A DNA stretch of 64,000 nucleotides from Podarcis melisellensis (GCA_964234715.1 OZ174276.1), one strand, 5' to 3'; counted from the stretch's first letter, positions 38,820 to 52,027 are shown. Notes: generated by a model from the sequence alone, not told the origin. Numbers and translations: made by a program.

Positions 38820-39600
38820 GCAGTTCCTCTGAGCCATATAAGATTTTAAAGGTCAAAACTAGCTCTTTGAATTGCACCCAGAAAAAACAACAACAACAAC
38901 CTGGCAGTCAGTACAGTTGAGTCAGAATCGGTGCAATATGCTCATGCCCTCCTAGTTACCAATTTCGCTGCTGCATTCTGCGCTAGCTGTAGCTTCTGAA
39001 CCTTCTTCAAAGGCAGCTTTGTGTACAGTGCACTGCAGTAGTTGAACCTGGAGGTTATCAGAGCATACACAGCATAAGCCAGGCTACTCTCACTCACATA
39101 GTGTCACAGCTAGCAGAAGACGCTGCACACCACTTAGGCCAATTGTCCCTCCAATGACAGTGCTGGTTCCCAAAATAACTCAGGACTGCACATCTGTTCC
39201 CTTAAGGGAAATGTAACCTCATAAACAACTGGATGAATTCTACTCATCGAGACAGAGGAAGTGTCCACTAACAGACTTATCTGGATTGAGCTTCAGCTTG
39301 CTGGCTCTCATTGAGTCCATTACCAAGACCAGCACATCCACTGCCACACCTACCGGGGGGGTGGGGGGGTGGGGAGCAGAATTGCATGTCATCAGCATGG
39401 GGACAACAGCATGGGGGGATAAAAGCAAACCATGTGAAACTCACATTGGAGGCTTCATGGGTCTGAAAAACATCCCCCAAGCACCAATTCCTGAAGCTGG
39501 CCATCCAAGCAGCTCCCCTGGCTTCCAACTCAGAGACACTAAGGAAGCCATAGTTAATGGAATTGAAAACTGTCAGGAAATCAAGGAGTCGACATGGACA
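38820..39600 (-). mobile_element. Degenerate L2/CR1-clade LINE reverse transcriptase fragment
   Basis: Frameshifted remnants LLDFLTVFNSINYGFL (cf. LDLSAAFDTIDH), HADDMQF (YADD) and MRASKLKLNPDK. Confidence 0.75.
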
Positions 39601-39792
39601 CACTCCCCCCGCCTCCCTCCCAAATGTAGAGGAACCTACAGGCAACCAAGGCAGTTTCAGGGCCAAAACCAAGTCTGAACCTTGTATGAAACCAACCTAG
39701 GAAACCAGTGTCATTCAAGATACGACTGAAGTGCCAAGCACAACTTCTTAGGCCAGCTTCCATCTACAGGGCAGTAACACAATATGTGAGTG

Positions 39793-39940
39793 AATCACAG
39801 AATTGCAGAGTTGAAAGGGACCCCGAGGGTCATCTATTCCAACCCCCTGAAATGCAGGAATCTTCCCCACAGCCATCCCTGTTTGGGCTCAAACCACCAA
39901 CCTGGTTAACAGCCAGACCCACTGACCCACTGCGCCACAC
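39793..39940 (-). mobile_element. SINE with tRNA-Asn-derived head and CR1 3' tail
   Basis: Minus strand reads gtggcgcagtgggtcagtgggtctggctGTTaaccaggttggtggtttgagccc, then gattcctgcatttcagggggttggaatagatgaccctcggggtccctttcaactctgcaattctgtgatt (CR1 3' end). Confidence 0.8.
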
Positions 39941-40941
39941 TCAGCATGCAGCAATACAACAATCCATATAATATTGTAAAGCTACAGGCTTCCTGTTCTG
40001 ATATTACCTAAGCTCCTTGTCAAAAGGCAAGTTGCGTGACAGCACACCAAATGCAAATAAAAATACAGAATATTTCATTTTCTTCTCAACTCACTCAGAG
40101 CAGCTTCCAAACAAGTTTCTTTAACCCCGCTCTATGTAGGCTCAGTGCCCCCCTGCCAATTCCACAGCACTTTAGAAGAGCATTGCTTTTGCGTTTTCTG
40201 GTTCAGGGCTGCCATCTCCTGGAGAAAGCGTACCTTGCCACCTCAAAGTGCATGCGAGTGTTGTGAGAAACAGAGGCAAGAGTGTGCTTTGAGAGAGCCA
40301 GGAAACATCAGTGCAAGAACAGAGATTAATCGCCAAGTGAGACCCACAGATCTCAAACTGCTTAACAAGAAAGGTGAGGCAGGAAGACTGAAACAGAGAA
40401 ACTGATGAAGATCACATAGCAAAATCTATTTCAGCAGAATATTTATTGATGCAGAGAACATAAAACTAAATGTTAGCATTCCACATTACGCTTTCGTCCA
40501 CTCCAGCAGGCACCATCAGGATTCCCAAAATGCAGCTTTCCTTGAGATGGAGAAACAGAGGCAGATGGCAGACAGAACTACCTGGGTCAACAGTAACACA
40601 GTTTCCAAAGCAAGCAGATAGAGAGAGGAGAGGGAAATGCAATTATCCTGCTTCTAGAAGAGCACATTCGAACACACAAGCTACGAAGCTGCCAGCAGCG
40701 TGGGAGTCACACTGGGGAACAACTCTGAGCCACTTTACGCTCCAGTTCTGCTTTCTTTGCACAGACAAATTGACCTAGTTTGTTAGGTAAGCTTGTGCAG
40801 TGGCTTCTTCCCTTCACAAGTGGGAGGAGAAAATATATATAAATCAGATCAGAAAGGGGGGAAAGAACGGTAAGGAAGCTAATGGAGGACAGGCTCTCTC
40901 TGTAAAACCCGAGTCCCTGTCCTGGAATCCCAAGGCATTAC

Positions 40942-41093
40942 CTGAGATCAGCACCAGGAGAAGGTCCCTAGCTGTCAGGCCCTCGGCCAAATCCCGGATA
41001 GCGTTGGCTGCCTTCAGAGCTGCTCTGTCAGGAAGGTTGTGCTTAGCTCCTTCCATAACTTGGATGCGGCTCTGGGGCTTCAGCAGCATTGCC
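40942..41093 (-). CDS. GLYCTK: Glycerate kinase, coding exon 2
   Basis: Acceptor ctacag|, donor |gtaatg. Encodes [50 protein letters not shown]. 152 nt, phase consistent with both neighbours. Confidence 0.96.
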
Positions 41094-42198
41094 CTGTAGA
41101 GGTTAACAAAAGATGAACAGGTTATCTTCTGGCACATGCTCGGCCTACCATTGACAACCCCTGCAAACGAAGAGCTACAGGGCAGTTCCTTCTGAATGAC
41201 TGTGAGATGCCATCATTTTAATACATCCATTGCCCAGTAGGCTGACAGTTGCTCGGCTCTGAGGCCTGACAGTGTCATACCCTCAAGAGCTAGGAGGTCC
41301 TAATGAATGAAATTACAGCCTGATTCCAGCTGAACAGCCAACCAGGGTGATCAAAAGCAGGACAAACATCATCACTGCCAGACCTAAGATGTGCATGCAC
41401 ATGCGACAAAAAAGCAACAGAGGGCAGTATCCTCCTAAACAGGTCTGCTAGCGCAAGCACTTTTAATCACTCAATCAAAATTCCTCTCCCTCTCCTTTTG
41501 AGCACCCGCTAAATACACCCTGGGGGTTCTCCAACTCTCTAGATTTAGGGGGCACATAGGGAAAGGGGGGACTTCTGTTGTGCAGCTCAAAGTGCTTGCA
41601 TTAATGGGGTTGTGAAGCTATTCAGGCATAACAATCCATTCTGCAGGGGTAAATGATTCCACAGCATTTCAGCTAAATGTTGCTGCTGTCTTGGATCTAT
41701 CACAGATCACCAAGTTTCCCTAGGGAATACAGTACTCTAGGAAGCCCTAAGTAGCAAAACTGTAACCCCCCCACCCCCCAAAAAAAAACCTTTAACAACA
41801 AAACTAGGCAGGAGTTTAAAGTGGTTAGTCCACAGTAAGAAAAAAGTCTGGAAAATTTCTCTCTAAAGGATCTAGAGCGCACAACCAAAATGGTAGCATG
41901 GACTGTTGTTTGTAACAGGGACATTCCTCTACTGTCTACTGTTTAAAAAAGCCTCTGGGCCTGGGTTTAGATGGCAGATACTTCTGACAGAAAAGTGAAG
42001 ACCAGATTGTTCAATACACAACTAAGAGTGAGGAAGAAGTCATGTCCAGTCAGTAAGGGGACCTTGAGGCTGCTCCCCCAGGCCTGGTTGTGTATTTAAA
42101 TCACCCTCCAACATGGCCCTGCTTCCTCGCACCCCGTTCTAGGAGTTTTATTATTTTAAACAAAACGTGAACTAGAAATGCCCTTAACAAACCAATAC

Positions 42199-42575
42199 CT
42201 CCTTCCTGTGTTCTGCAGAGCTTCTTGGATGCCTTGAGGAACACTAATTACTCCCCGGACGAGGTAGTCTCCAAGGATGTCCTCTGCTGCAGCTGCCATG
42301 CCCAGAACAGCCTTCCCAAAGCCGACCAGATACAAGTTCCTCCTCAGTTCAAAAGGCCGACCGTGCAACACAAGCCTTGGGCATTCGCCTGGCTCCAAAA
42401 CCAGGGCCCTTTTCAGCATAGGCCCCGGCAGGACTCTGGCAACAGCGCTGCGGAATAAATGAAGCCCATGCTCCTGGAGGGCCATGTCGGGGGAAGATGC
42501 CTCACGAGTGAAGCAAGCAGTGGAGCGCCAGAAAGCTCTGTCAACAACAGGCCAACCCTTAAAGAGAGAGGCCAT
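42199..42575 (-). CDS. GLYCTK: Glycerate kinase, first coding exon (exon begins at 42605 after a ttgttgcag acceptor; ATG at 42575)
   Basis: Translates MASLFKGWPVV...LFRSAVARVLPGPML...NLYLVGFGKAVLGMAAAAEDILG...GVISVPQGIQ, the GLYCTK/MOFRL-type N-terminus with the GFGKA motif. 377 nt, ends AG|GTATTG, phase 2. Confidence 0.96.
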
Positions 42576-43585
42576 GACCCAAGTTGTTAACCAGCTGCAG
42601 TTTTCCTGCAACAAGGGACAGGGAAAATTAATATTTTGAGCCGCACTATGAAATCAGGGGGCGAGAAAGAGACGGAGGACAGGTGGTGGGTTTCTCTCCA
42701 CTCCTAACTTACCCATCTCACAGAAGCTCTGCATGTACTCTTGCCTCAGCCTCCACAACTGGAATGCCTACTCACTACCCCCTGGGAAAGTCCAGAGGTC
42801 TTCTCGCCTACCCAATTTGATGGATCAAGTGAGGAAGTTAATAATTTATGGAGCAGGGCTTGCTTGAAAGTCATTTGCCTTCCATTAGGTAACTAGACAA
42901 ACTAGATGAGGCAAGTTAAGCAGAACGGTATATTTAGAAAAGGACAGCATACCAAACTGCCTTCTCCCACACCAAAAGCAGAGTGGGGTAGACTGGAAGG
43001 CTACAAAGCCATTTCTCTGTGATGTTAGGGTTGCAAAGTAAGAAGCTGCAGTGACTAGCTAAGGAATGGAAAGGATCGAGCTAGCCAGGGAGCTCAGTCA
43101 TTGGAGAATGAGGAAAAAAACAAGGAGCTTCAATGTCCCCACCCAGTTTTGGTCTGTAACCACAGCTACTCTACAGTAACATAATGCTGGGGCAGGAGGT
43201 AACTCAGCAGGGTCCAGAAGCCAAGAGTCACACATGGTGATAGAACAATGGAGTCTTCCTACAGTGAAGCAGGGGTGAGGAAACTGTGGCCCTCCAAATA
43301 TTAATGGACTACAACTCCCACCGTTCTTGCGCATTGGCCATGCCAGCCGAGGCTGATGGGACTGGGAGCATGGGCAGACTTTGGTCTTTCAAATTTCAGT
43401 GGGCCCCTGTGCTAGGCCAAAATTTCATGTCCCTCTCTCTCCGCCTCTCGTTCTACTCATCATAGTTGCAATGCCCTGAAGCGCCCCCAATGCTCAGGGC
43501 CCAGTGTGGTGCAGTTGCAATGCCCAAAATCTGCTTCCATTGGGAGTCCAACATCAGGAGGGTGGCAGGTTGCTTGCCCCTACAC

Positions 43586-43906
43586 CAGGGGTCAGCAAAC
43601 CTTTTCAGCAGGGGGCCGGTCCACTGTGCCTCAGACCTTGTGGGGGGCCAGACTATATTTTTGGGGGAGAAATGAATGAATTCCTATGCCCCACAAATAA
43701 CCCAGAGATGCATTTTAAATAAAAGCACACATTCTACTCATGTGAAAACACCAGGCAGGCCCCACAAATAACCCAGAGATGCATTTTAAATAAAGGGACA
43801 CATTCTACTCATGTAAAACCACGCTGATTCCCGGACCATCCGCAGGCCAGATTTAGAAAGCAATTGGGCCACATCTGGCCCCCGGGCCTTAGTTTGCCTA
43901 CACATG
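43586..43906 (+). mobile_element. hAT-type MITE (CAGGGGTCAGCAAAC family)
   Basis: TSD CCCTACAC at 43578 and 43907. Internal ~70-bp tandem duplication ccccacaaataacccagagatgcattttaaataaa. Confidence 0.92.
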
Positions 43907-46900
43907 CCCTACACTAAAGGGTGCCTTTCAGAAGCAGATGAACCATGCTTCACCTCCTCCTCTTGCCTGAGTTGTAGTTTCCTTGTCAGGAGGGAACAAT
44001 AGTTTTGTGTTGCTTTTGTAGTATCCATCTGTAAATGAAGAGGTTGAACAGGTGGCAAAAAGACAGGCCTTGCTAGCTGCTAAGCAACAGAAGCCTCCAA
44101 AGGTAAGAAAAGCACTCCAGATTTCCCTCACCCAACGCTGTCTGGCAGTAAATTCCAAAAACTAGATTCTGCCCCAACCCAAAAAAGAAATTCGTAGGTG
44201 CATCCAATTTTTAAAAATAGCAGCCTCCAACCTGCACTTCAGGTACCTTGTGTACAGGACAAAAGCACTGAGATATCATCCATAGACTGATGACACCCAA
44301 TTCTGTCATCAGGCAATCTAGAAGCACCAGTGACAGTTCTGAAAACCAACGTCTGGAGGTCTGGGTTGAATGGATGGTGACTAAATTGAGACAAGGCAAT
44401 TACTATTTTGGTGTGGGATTCTCAGTGCTCTGAGGAGGCAAAAATGCTTCAGATAGGAAGGGGGGGATACCGTTTACTGACTGGGCTTGCGTGTGGCCGT
44501 GCTTCCTGACCTGGTATACCTCCTGGAATCTCAGGTTGCCGGTTTGGCAACAAGAGATTCCATCTGATATGTCAACTGAGCCCTCTCCTAGATACAGAGG
44601 ATCTTGTCTATGTCACGTGTCCCTTTGTAACCTCCAGGGCGGACAAGTACAACGTGCTTCACGTGCACTGCCCTTGAAGACTGTTTAGAAATTCAATTTC
44701 TTGCACGAGTTGGGAGGTGTGTGTTCAGCCAGTGCTGCCAAGTGCACCAACTAGCCGTGCGTTCCCAAGGTATGGGAAACTGCCACACGAGGTCATACAA
44801 GGTTTTATAGGTTTAGAGCTATAAAGCCCTGTATGGTTCCGTTTCTTGGCTCCCACCAGCCACTTGGAATTGAAATGCATGGTCTTTGAAGTCCGCCTGA
44901 AAGCAATTTGAACACAAACTCTTTTGCAAAGGGACTTCAAAGGCAATGTGTCTTAGCATCCACCAGCTGATAGGCAGCGAGACCTCACTCTGAAGTCCAT
45001 TTCCAAAGGGACCTCAAAGGCAAGCCCCTTTTCAAGCTGTCACCCGTTGTCATGTGACTGAGAAGTGGGTGTTCTTCCACAGTGGATGGGGGAAGGAAGG
45101 ATCCTGCCGATCCCCATCTCTGGTTTAGACCTTTTATACCTTTTAGACTCAAGGCTAGCAAATGTGATAGCCTCCAGATATACATAGCTGGACTCAATCA
45201 GTTTCCACCAGCCCAGAGGGATGATGAGTATTCCAGCAGCATCCTGAAGGCACTGCTTTGGGTGACACAGAGCAAGTGACACAGAAGACCAGGGAGCTTT
45301 ATCAATCTGCTGGGGGAGGAAAGAGGTTCCGATAATGAAGCAATGCAGCTGCAAAGTCCTAGCTTGAAGTGTAAACATGATGGGAATGTTGGGACTGCTG
45401 TGGGAACAGAGGGGAAGTCATTTCACAGTGCGCAGCACCGGAATTACCTCACAGTGTAATATGAGCTGTACAGGAAGTACAGGAAGTTTTAGTCTCAACA
45501 CTGCTGGAGTATGGAGAGTGCAGTCATGTTTTCTGTAACGCTGCAAAGACAGAAATAAAAGCATGTAAATACGTTTCTGTCTATCTCTTTCCCCTGCCTG
45601 GGGGAGGCAGAAAAGAGGGGTGTATTCTTCTCATGTTTGAGAAGAATCACCGATCGAGACCTTGCCTGTGTCTGCTGGGGAATGCAGCCAGGGAGGTCAA
45701 AAGGGAATCAAGCTGGGTGCCTGGACTGCTGCCAGCTTCTCATGAGAAGGGCTTGAATTTCCAACAGGGAGCATCTCTTCCAGAACAAGCAGAAGACAAG
45801 ATGCAAACCTCTCAAGGTGCTGAAGGAACCGGCCTGCTCCATTTCCAAAAAGCAACCCACAAGACCTTTTACTAAGTAGTGTTAGCAGAGAGGCACGTGC
45901 CTGTATTCAACCATTCTTTACTCAGAGCAGCTCAGTGAAATCAAGAGACCTAAATGAGCCATGGCCATTAATTGCAACAGGTCTACTCCAAATAAAAGTT
46001 AGCTGAAAACAACTGGACTCTGCCCTGAGGAGTTTTTGCAAACCAACTTGCAACAGTGGAAAAGACCACAGAAGAAGGGAAGGGAAAGGACGAACAGGTG
46101 AGACAAAAGTAACAAGGGGCAAATGTCATGGAAGTCCCAGTGCATCAGCTTAGCCTTGTGATAATTTTGCTCCAAACTCTGGATGTGTGTGCTGTATTAG
46201 CTGTTTAAATCTATTGTTATCAGAGTGTACATTTGTGGTATTTAGTCAGCTGCTTTGCTCTGCAAAAGGAAAACCAGGCTATAAATATGGAAAACCCTCA
46301 TTTGCTAGCAGACCGAAAACGAGCGCAGCTCACAGCCCCACTGACATTTTCCCGCGGGGAAGTGAATGGCACTTTCACAGCCACCGCCCCTTTGCTTGCG
46401 TCTGCTACTGCTATTCCCTCATGAGCAAGAAAAGGAGCCATGGCAAAACTGAATTTAAGTTGCCTTGGAGAAAGGTTTGACTTTTTGGCAACAGCTCCAG
46501 CCAGGCCAGACTGCAAACAAAGTTTCCTTGTTTTCCCGTTCCTTCATTTCCAACTTTGAAGCCTCTATTTGGAACGTAGTCCAGAAGCCCTCATTAATCT
46601 TGGCAGAGATCTGCTGAGAATTGCTTCTTCCGTGACAGGATTGCTTGGGGATTGTGAAGGGCTTAGATTAATCTCCTTTAAATGAAAACTTCATAAGCTG
46701 CCATTAATGAATAATGGTCCTAATCTGCATATTAATTTGAATAAATCATTTTGATATGTTCTTCTGAATGTTGCTTCTGACTATGGCTTGAGCTCCACTA
46801 TATAAGACTGGAGATAGTTCCTACTTCCTTATTAAATCCACTGGAGGAGGTGTAAAGAGGTGTTCAAGTTAATTACAAATCGACATACAAGCATATATTA

Positions 46901-48572
46901 ACTGAAATGATTCACTGTACCTGGAATTATATCTATATAATACCCATTAAATCACCAGAAAGAAACACAACATTCAATAATGAACACGGATTAGTCAACA
47001 GTATCTCCAAAATCAGTTTCTGGGCCACCAGTGCTGGTTGGAGAATTGTCTTTATCATGAGATGTCCTAGAATAACTTCTCTCAACCTGGTACCCTCCAG
47101 GTGTTTTGGACAAGAATTCCCATCATCCCCACCCAGCATGCCCAGTGGCCAAGGATGATGCTGGAAGGCAGCAGGCTGGGAAAGGCTGCCCCAGAATTAC
47201 GTTTGGCCCTCAGCTATTGCCATTTTGGTGCAAAATGCATTTAAGCATGCTAAGTTCTGAGCCCCAAGGGACAAGTCACATACAAATAAGGAACCTGTCC
47301 TATGACTCAAGGGCAATAGCCTTAAATCAGGGTAGGCAAACCGGTAGCCCTCCAGTTGGTTGTTGGCTCTCCCAACTATGATCATCCCCAGGCAGCATGG
47401 CCAACCATTAGGCCGTGCAAATGTGGTTCACCAACATCTGGAGAATCAGAGGTTCCCCACCCTGTACTACACGTTAGTAGTTTGGGGCCCATTCGGAGAC
47501 TGCTTTAGACTCCTAAATGGTGATCTTCATACAATTGGCTATTTGTACCTTTTCAAGGCAAAGCTGAGGGTGCATTGACAGGGTATCTGATCAGACAACA
47601 TCTCTCTCAGAAACTCTTGCCTCAGCACATGATCTGGCTTCCCTGAGGAGTTTAGCTGAGGTGAATGCCCCATCTATGATGGCTGCTTTTTTGTATTGGT
47701 TGCCACTTGAAGCTGTGCTAATGCCATAGTACACATATTGATCACATTACCTTTTTTTAGGTGTAGGTTTACAACCATGTACATACTACAATGTAAGATG
47801 TTACAATGGACCCCAAATATAAACCTCTGAAAAATTACAGGCCCCTGAAAACTGCCACCTGGTGATGAAAAGCAAGGGAGTCTGCAGAATTAATGTGAGG
47901 TAATGTAATCAGCATAGCTGGGCGGACTTAATTACAGGTTCACTCGCAGGGCAGCAGGACCGGCAAAGGATGTAAACGATATGCAACCTTCTGTACCAAA
48001 GCTGCAACCTGAGATTCCAGGAGCTGCTGACATTGCTCCAAGACTGTCACTCCCCCAAGCCCAAGGAGAGTGATCCACTCTTCTCTGCAAGCCACTTCTC
48101 AGCTATCCCAGTCTTGACAATCCCAAAGCCCATTTTTTACCCCTCTACACTCCTACCCAACTTGCCTGCTTGCACAGAATTCAGATCTCGGCCTGCTCCT
48201 TCGCCTGAGATCCTTCACCTCTTCTGACTCAAATTCCTGGGCTCATGTCCATTTTCCAGAAAGTTACCTCCCCCAAGCATATAAACACAGAGCCCAAGGA
48301 AACTGAAAAAGTGTTCGGTAAACTTCTCACATCCAGAAATATCTTATTTCTGTTTTGTTTTTTCTTTTATGGAAAGATTTTCATGGATGTCATTTCTGCT
48401 ATTACGAGGGAAACACAGGAAATGCCATGCCAGCACTGCGTACCGTGGCAATGTTCCTGAGGTTATGGGGAATGAAAAGTGGCATGTTAGAATTTGGGGT
48501 GACAAAGACAATATTCTGGGTCATCATTTCCCACGTGGCCAGATGGGAAACGCTGCTGTATGAAGTTAGAGC

Positions 48573-49140
48573 CAGTGTTAGAAACTGAGATATGAACTGA
48601 GATATAAACCTAGGTTATGGGCGCAACAACGGAATGCCTAGGTGTACTTTTTTATAACAAGAATACAAAGCTGAAAATGAATGAACTGCAGCTAAAATAC
48701 TATGTTCATTTTTCACACTGTCTAGTCCAGGGGTCAGCAAACTTTTTCAGCAGGGGGCCGATCTTCTGTCCCTCAGACCTTGTGGGGGGCGGGACTATAT
48801 TTTTTGGGGGGGGAAATGAACGAATTCCTACGGCCCACAAATAACCCAGAGATGCATTTCAATAAAAGCCACACATTGTACTCATGTAAAAACACCAGCC
48901 AGGCCCCACAAATAACCCAGAAATGTGTTTTAAATAATAGGACACAGTCTACTCATGTAAAAACATGCTGATTCCTGGACAGTCCGCGGGCCAGATTTAG
49001 AAGGTGATTGGGCCGGATCTGGCCCCCAGGTCTTAGTTTGCCTACCCATGGTCTAGTCCTTCTCCTGCCCACCCCCCTAATATTCTTAAGAGGGTCTCTT
49101 CTCCAGTCTTCAGAGTACCTGAAAGTGGGGAGGCAGAAAA
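48573..49140. mobile_element. Second, truncated copy of the 25140 element, interrupted by a MITE
   Basis: Colinear with 25140-25390 on both sides of the 48728-49050 insertion. Confidence 0.88.
48728..49050 (+). mobile_element. hAT-type MITE, same family, nested in another DNA element
   Basis: TSD GTCTAGTC at 48720-48727 and 49051-49058. Confidence 0.93.
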
Positions 49141-50694
49141 CCATCATTCTGGCATGGACGCTTTTACTTCCCTTATATGTCCATCTTGTTGAACTCTCTC
49201 TTCCTAGAGAAAAGAGCTGATCAAATTAGTGGCCGTAACACCACCTTATTGTGCTTTCAGAGGATTTACCTTGAGTTACCATTTGTGCAGCAAAACAAAA
49301 TATAAGACTTCTCATTAAGATTATTTAGGTTGCAACCTGCATCTATGCAGCTGGGAATAAGTCTTGGTTAACTCAATGGAACTTGCTTTTGAGTAGATGT
49401 ATAGAGGATCGGTCTGCCAAAGTACAATCTGTGAGAAAGGCTTTGCCAACATTTCATTATGAAAAGATTAAACTTGCACAAGGCAAACTGTGCTTTTCAC
49501 ATGCGTCTCAACATGCTATGAAGCCTGCTTCTACAAAATCAACCGAGTCATCCCGAGGCACCTTAAAGATTAACAAAAATATGCATTTGCTACAGTGCCC
49601 CTAGGCTTCATTTTTGGTTTGGTTTTGACAGATTAGTGGAAATCACCTTCAAGAATTCATCATCAATTTTACTTCAGTTAACCAGGAAGAAGATTAAAAA
49701 CAAAGCACCTGAAATACTGTAAACAGAAAACATCCCTCAGCAAGGAACTGAGAGGAAAGCAAGATAATATGGGAGCAGCCCCAAATTTACATTTTTGTGT
49801 CAGTCATATCTAAGGGGTAAGAAAAAAGTCAATTTTTCATATACTGTATGGGTGAGGAGAGCTCAACCCTGCCAGCCACCCCCATCTCACCATACTCTTG
49901 TTTCAAGCATGGAGAAGCTTTCTGTATTCTGAGTGAGGCTGGGATAAAAGTGCCTACAGAGATAGAACACAGAGTCACACAACAAGGACAGGGAAGAGAA
50001 GAACCTATCAGATGGAACTGTCACTATTTTTAATTCAGTTTGGGGTGAAGCACTTTATTTTACTTGCTAACAAAGAAATAATTTTCTCATTCACTTTCTT
50101 AAATGTGACTATTGGGTCTTTGGAAAGCATTTTGATTAAGAAAATTATTCCCTCATTGACACAGTATCGTCTGTTCATTTAATTATACATGGGGACTTTT
50201 TCTTTTCTTGCCAATCATCCCTACACAAGCCTTGGTGTGACTAACAAAGACTGACTCACTTCTGTCCAAAGAAGAAGAATGCGTTACCCAAAAATATATC
50301 CAAGCAGGATGGCGCTATCAGAATATGCATGCTAGCAACTAACAATCCCAACTGACAGCAGTCAATCAGCCTAAGTAAGCAGCCATGATGTAAACAGGAC
50401 CAAATGGTCACAGCTCACAGAGAAGTGTGCAGTGAAGTGTTGTAATTTATCCGCATGTATTAACAGAAGTGGTCCTGTTCAGCCAGTCAATGGGAGGAAT
50501 GCAATGCATTCCCAGGTTCTTTCTTATCTTTTTTTTTTTTACTTTGGCAAACCCAGGGTTCCTCCAAGCATGCCGGTACCTTCTTGTTTCTTAGCGTCCC
50601 GCATTTTGGTGCCATTTCCAGTGGCACTCAACACACTGAGTTCTGTATTAGAGTGAGCAATGATGCATACACTCAAGACAAAAATACACTATCA

Positions 50695-50950
50695 TTTTTT
50701 ATTATTATATTAATTTCTCTACCACCCTTCATCCAAGGATCACAGGGCAGATTGCAATATAAAAACACAAAAACACATACCAGAATAACAAACAAACAAA
50801 AGCAATCTCCTTCACCCAGTTTAAAAGGCTGTAGAATATTTAATTAGCCAAAGGCCTAGGAGAAATGTTTTTGCCTGGCACCTTAAAAAATGAAAGCACC
50901 ACAAGTGGGGAACAACTGCAAAAAAGGCTCATTCTCGTCTTGCCACCTTC
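50695..50950 (-). mobile_element. L2-like LINE 3' end fragment
   Basis: T-rich terminus ttattattatattaattt..ccacccttcatccaaggatcacagggc and tgtttttgcctggcacc; pattern recognised by eye only. Confidence 0.5.
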
Positions 50951-51710
50951 CAAACGTATCGTGGAAGGGCACACACGAAGACACTAATGTGACCATTCAA
51001 ATGAGCAGAGGGCACATACTTGGGAAATGCATCTTTATTTCAAAAATGACATATGAAGTAGCATTGAAAATTGCAGAAATGTACAAAGACTTGGAAGTCA
51101 ATCTAGTTCAGTGCTCTGCACAAAGGCAAAATCTCTCATGTTCAAAGTTGCAACTGATCAGCCAGTGTCATCCTATGAAAGCACACCCTAAGAAACCAAC
51201 AAGAACAATCGCTCCATCAGTAGCTGCAAGACTCAGTCTCCATTATGACTCCACTTCCATCCCTTCCACAGCACTACTCATTTTGTATTCAATCACCTGG
51301 ATTGCAGCTTGCTTTATCTCAGAGGGACATACTGGGCAGAGAACATCATGCATTAAACGTGTCAAGTGTGGGATATACAGCAGGAGGAATGTTAGCAGAA
51401 ACAAAGGAAGCTGCCTTACAGGAAGTCAGACCAGGGCTACATCCAGCTCAGCATTGCATTTGCCAGAAACAGGGAACACTCAGGCCCAGGGGCCTTTCTG
51501 ATCTAGCCCTTGAGACCCTTTCCAGGCAACACACACTCCCAAGCCACACCCCTCACCACCCCTCACTTTATAAAGAAATAGCCAAGAATTCCAAGATATC
51601 CATTACCTTTGATCTTTGAGGAAGGGCTGTAGCTCAGTGACTGGCACTCACAGCACTCTAGCAAAATGTGCCGCTTGGTCCGAAATGGGTTGGTGACCCA
51701 TGGCTTAAAC

Positions 51711-52027
51711 CAGGGGTTAGGAACCTAAGGCCCGTGGGCTGGATGCCCAATCGCCTTATCAATTCGGCCCACGTATGGTCTGGGAAGCAGCGTGTTTTTA
51801 CATGAGTAAAATGCGTCCTTTTATTTAAAATGCATATCTGGGTTATTTGTGGGGCTTGCCTGGTGTTTTTACGTGAGTAGAATGTGTGCTTTTATTTAAA
51901 ATGCATCTCTGGTTATTTGTGGGGCATAGGAATTCGTTCATTAATTTTTTCAAAATATAGTCCGGCCCACCACATGGTCTGTGGGACGGTGGACTGGCCC
52001 ACAGCTGAAAAATATTGCTGACCCCTC
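51711..52027 (-). mobile_element. hAT-type MITE, same family, reverse orientation
   Basis: TSD GCTTAAAC at 51703-51710 and 52028-52035; reverse complement of the 43586 copy. Confidence 0.9.

Noticed and set aside
39860-39940. Apparent tRNA-Asn gene (also tRNA-Ile-like at 54121)
   Set aside because: Cloverleaf and B box are degraded and fused to a CR1 tail. These are SINE heads, not functional tRNAs.
43689-43820. Direct repeats with spacer-like gaps that could suggest a CRISPR-like array
   Set aside because: Internal tandem duplication of a hAT MITE, present in all three copies. Eukaryotic DNA with no cas genes.
49525-49600. ggcaccttaaagattaac, reminiscent of Penelope-element ends (also ~4395-4480)
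   Set aside because: Too short and degraded to support without a database search.
50890-51501. 203-aa plus-strand ORF
   Set aside because: Starts in an L2-like relic, has no recognisable domain and no supporting exon structure.
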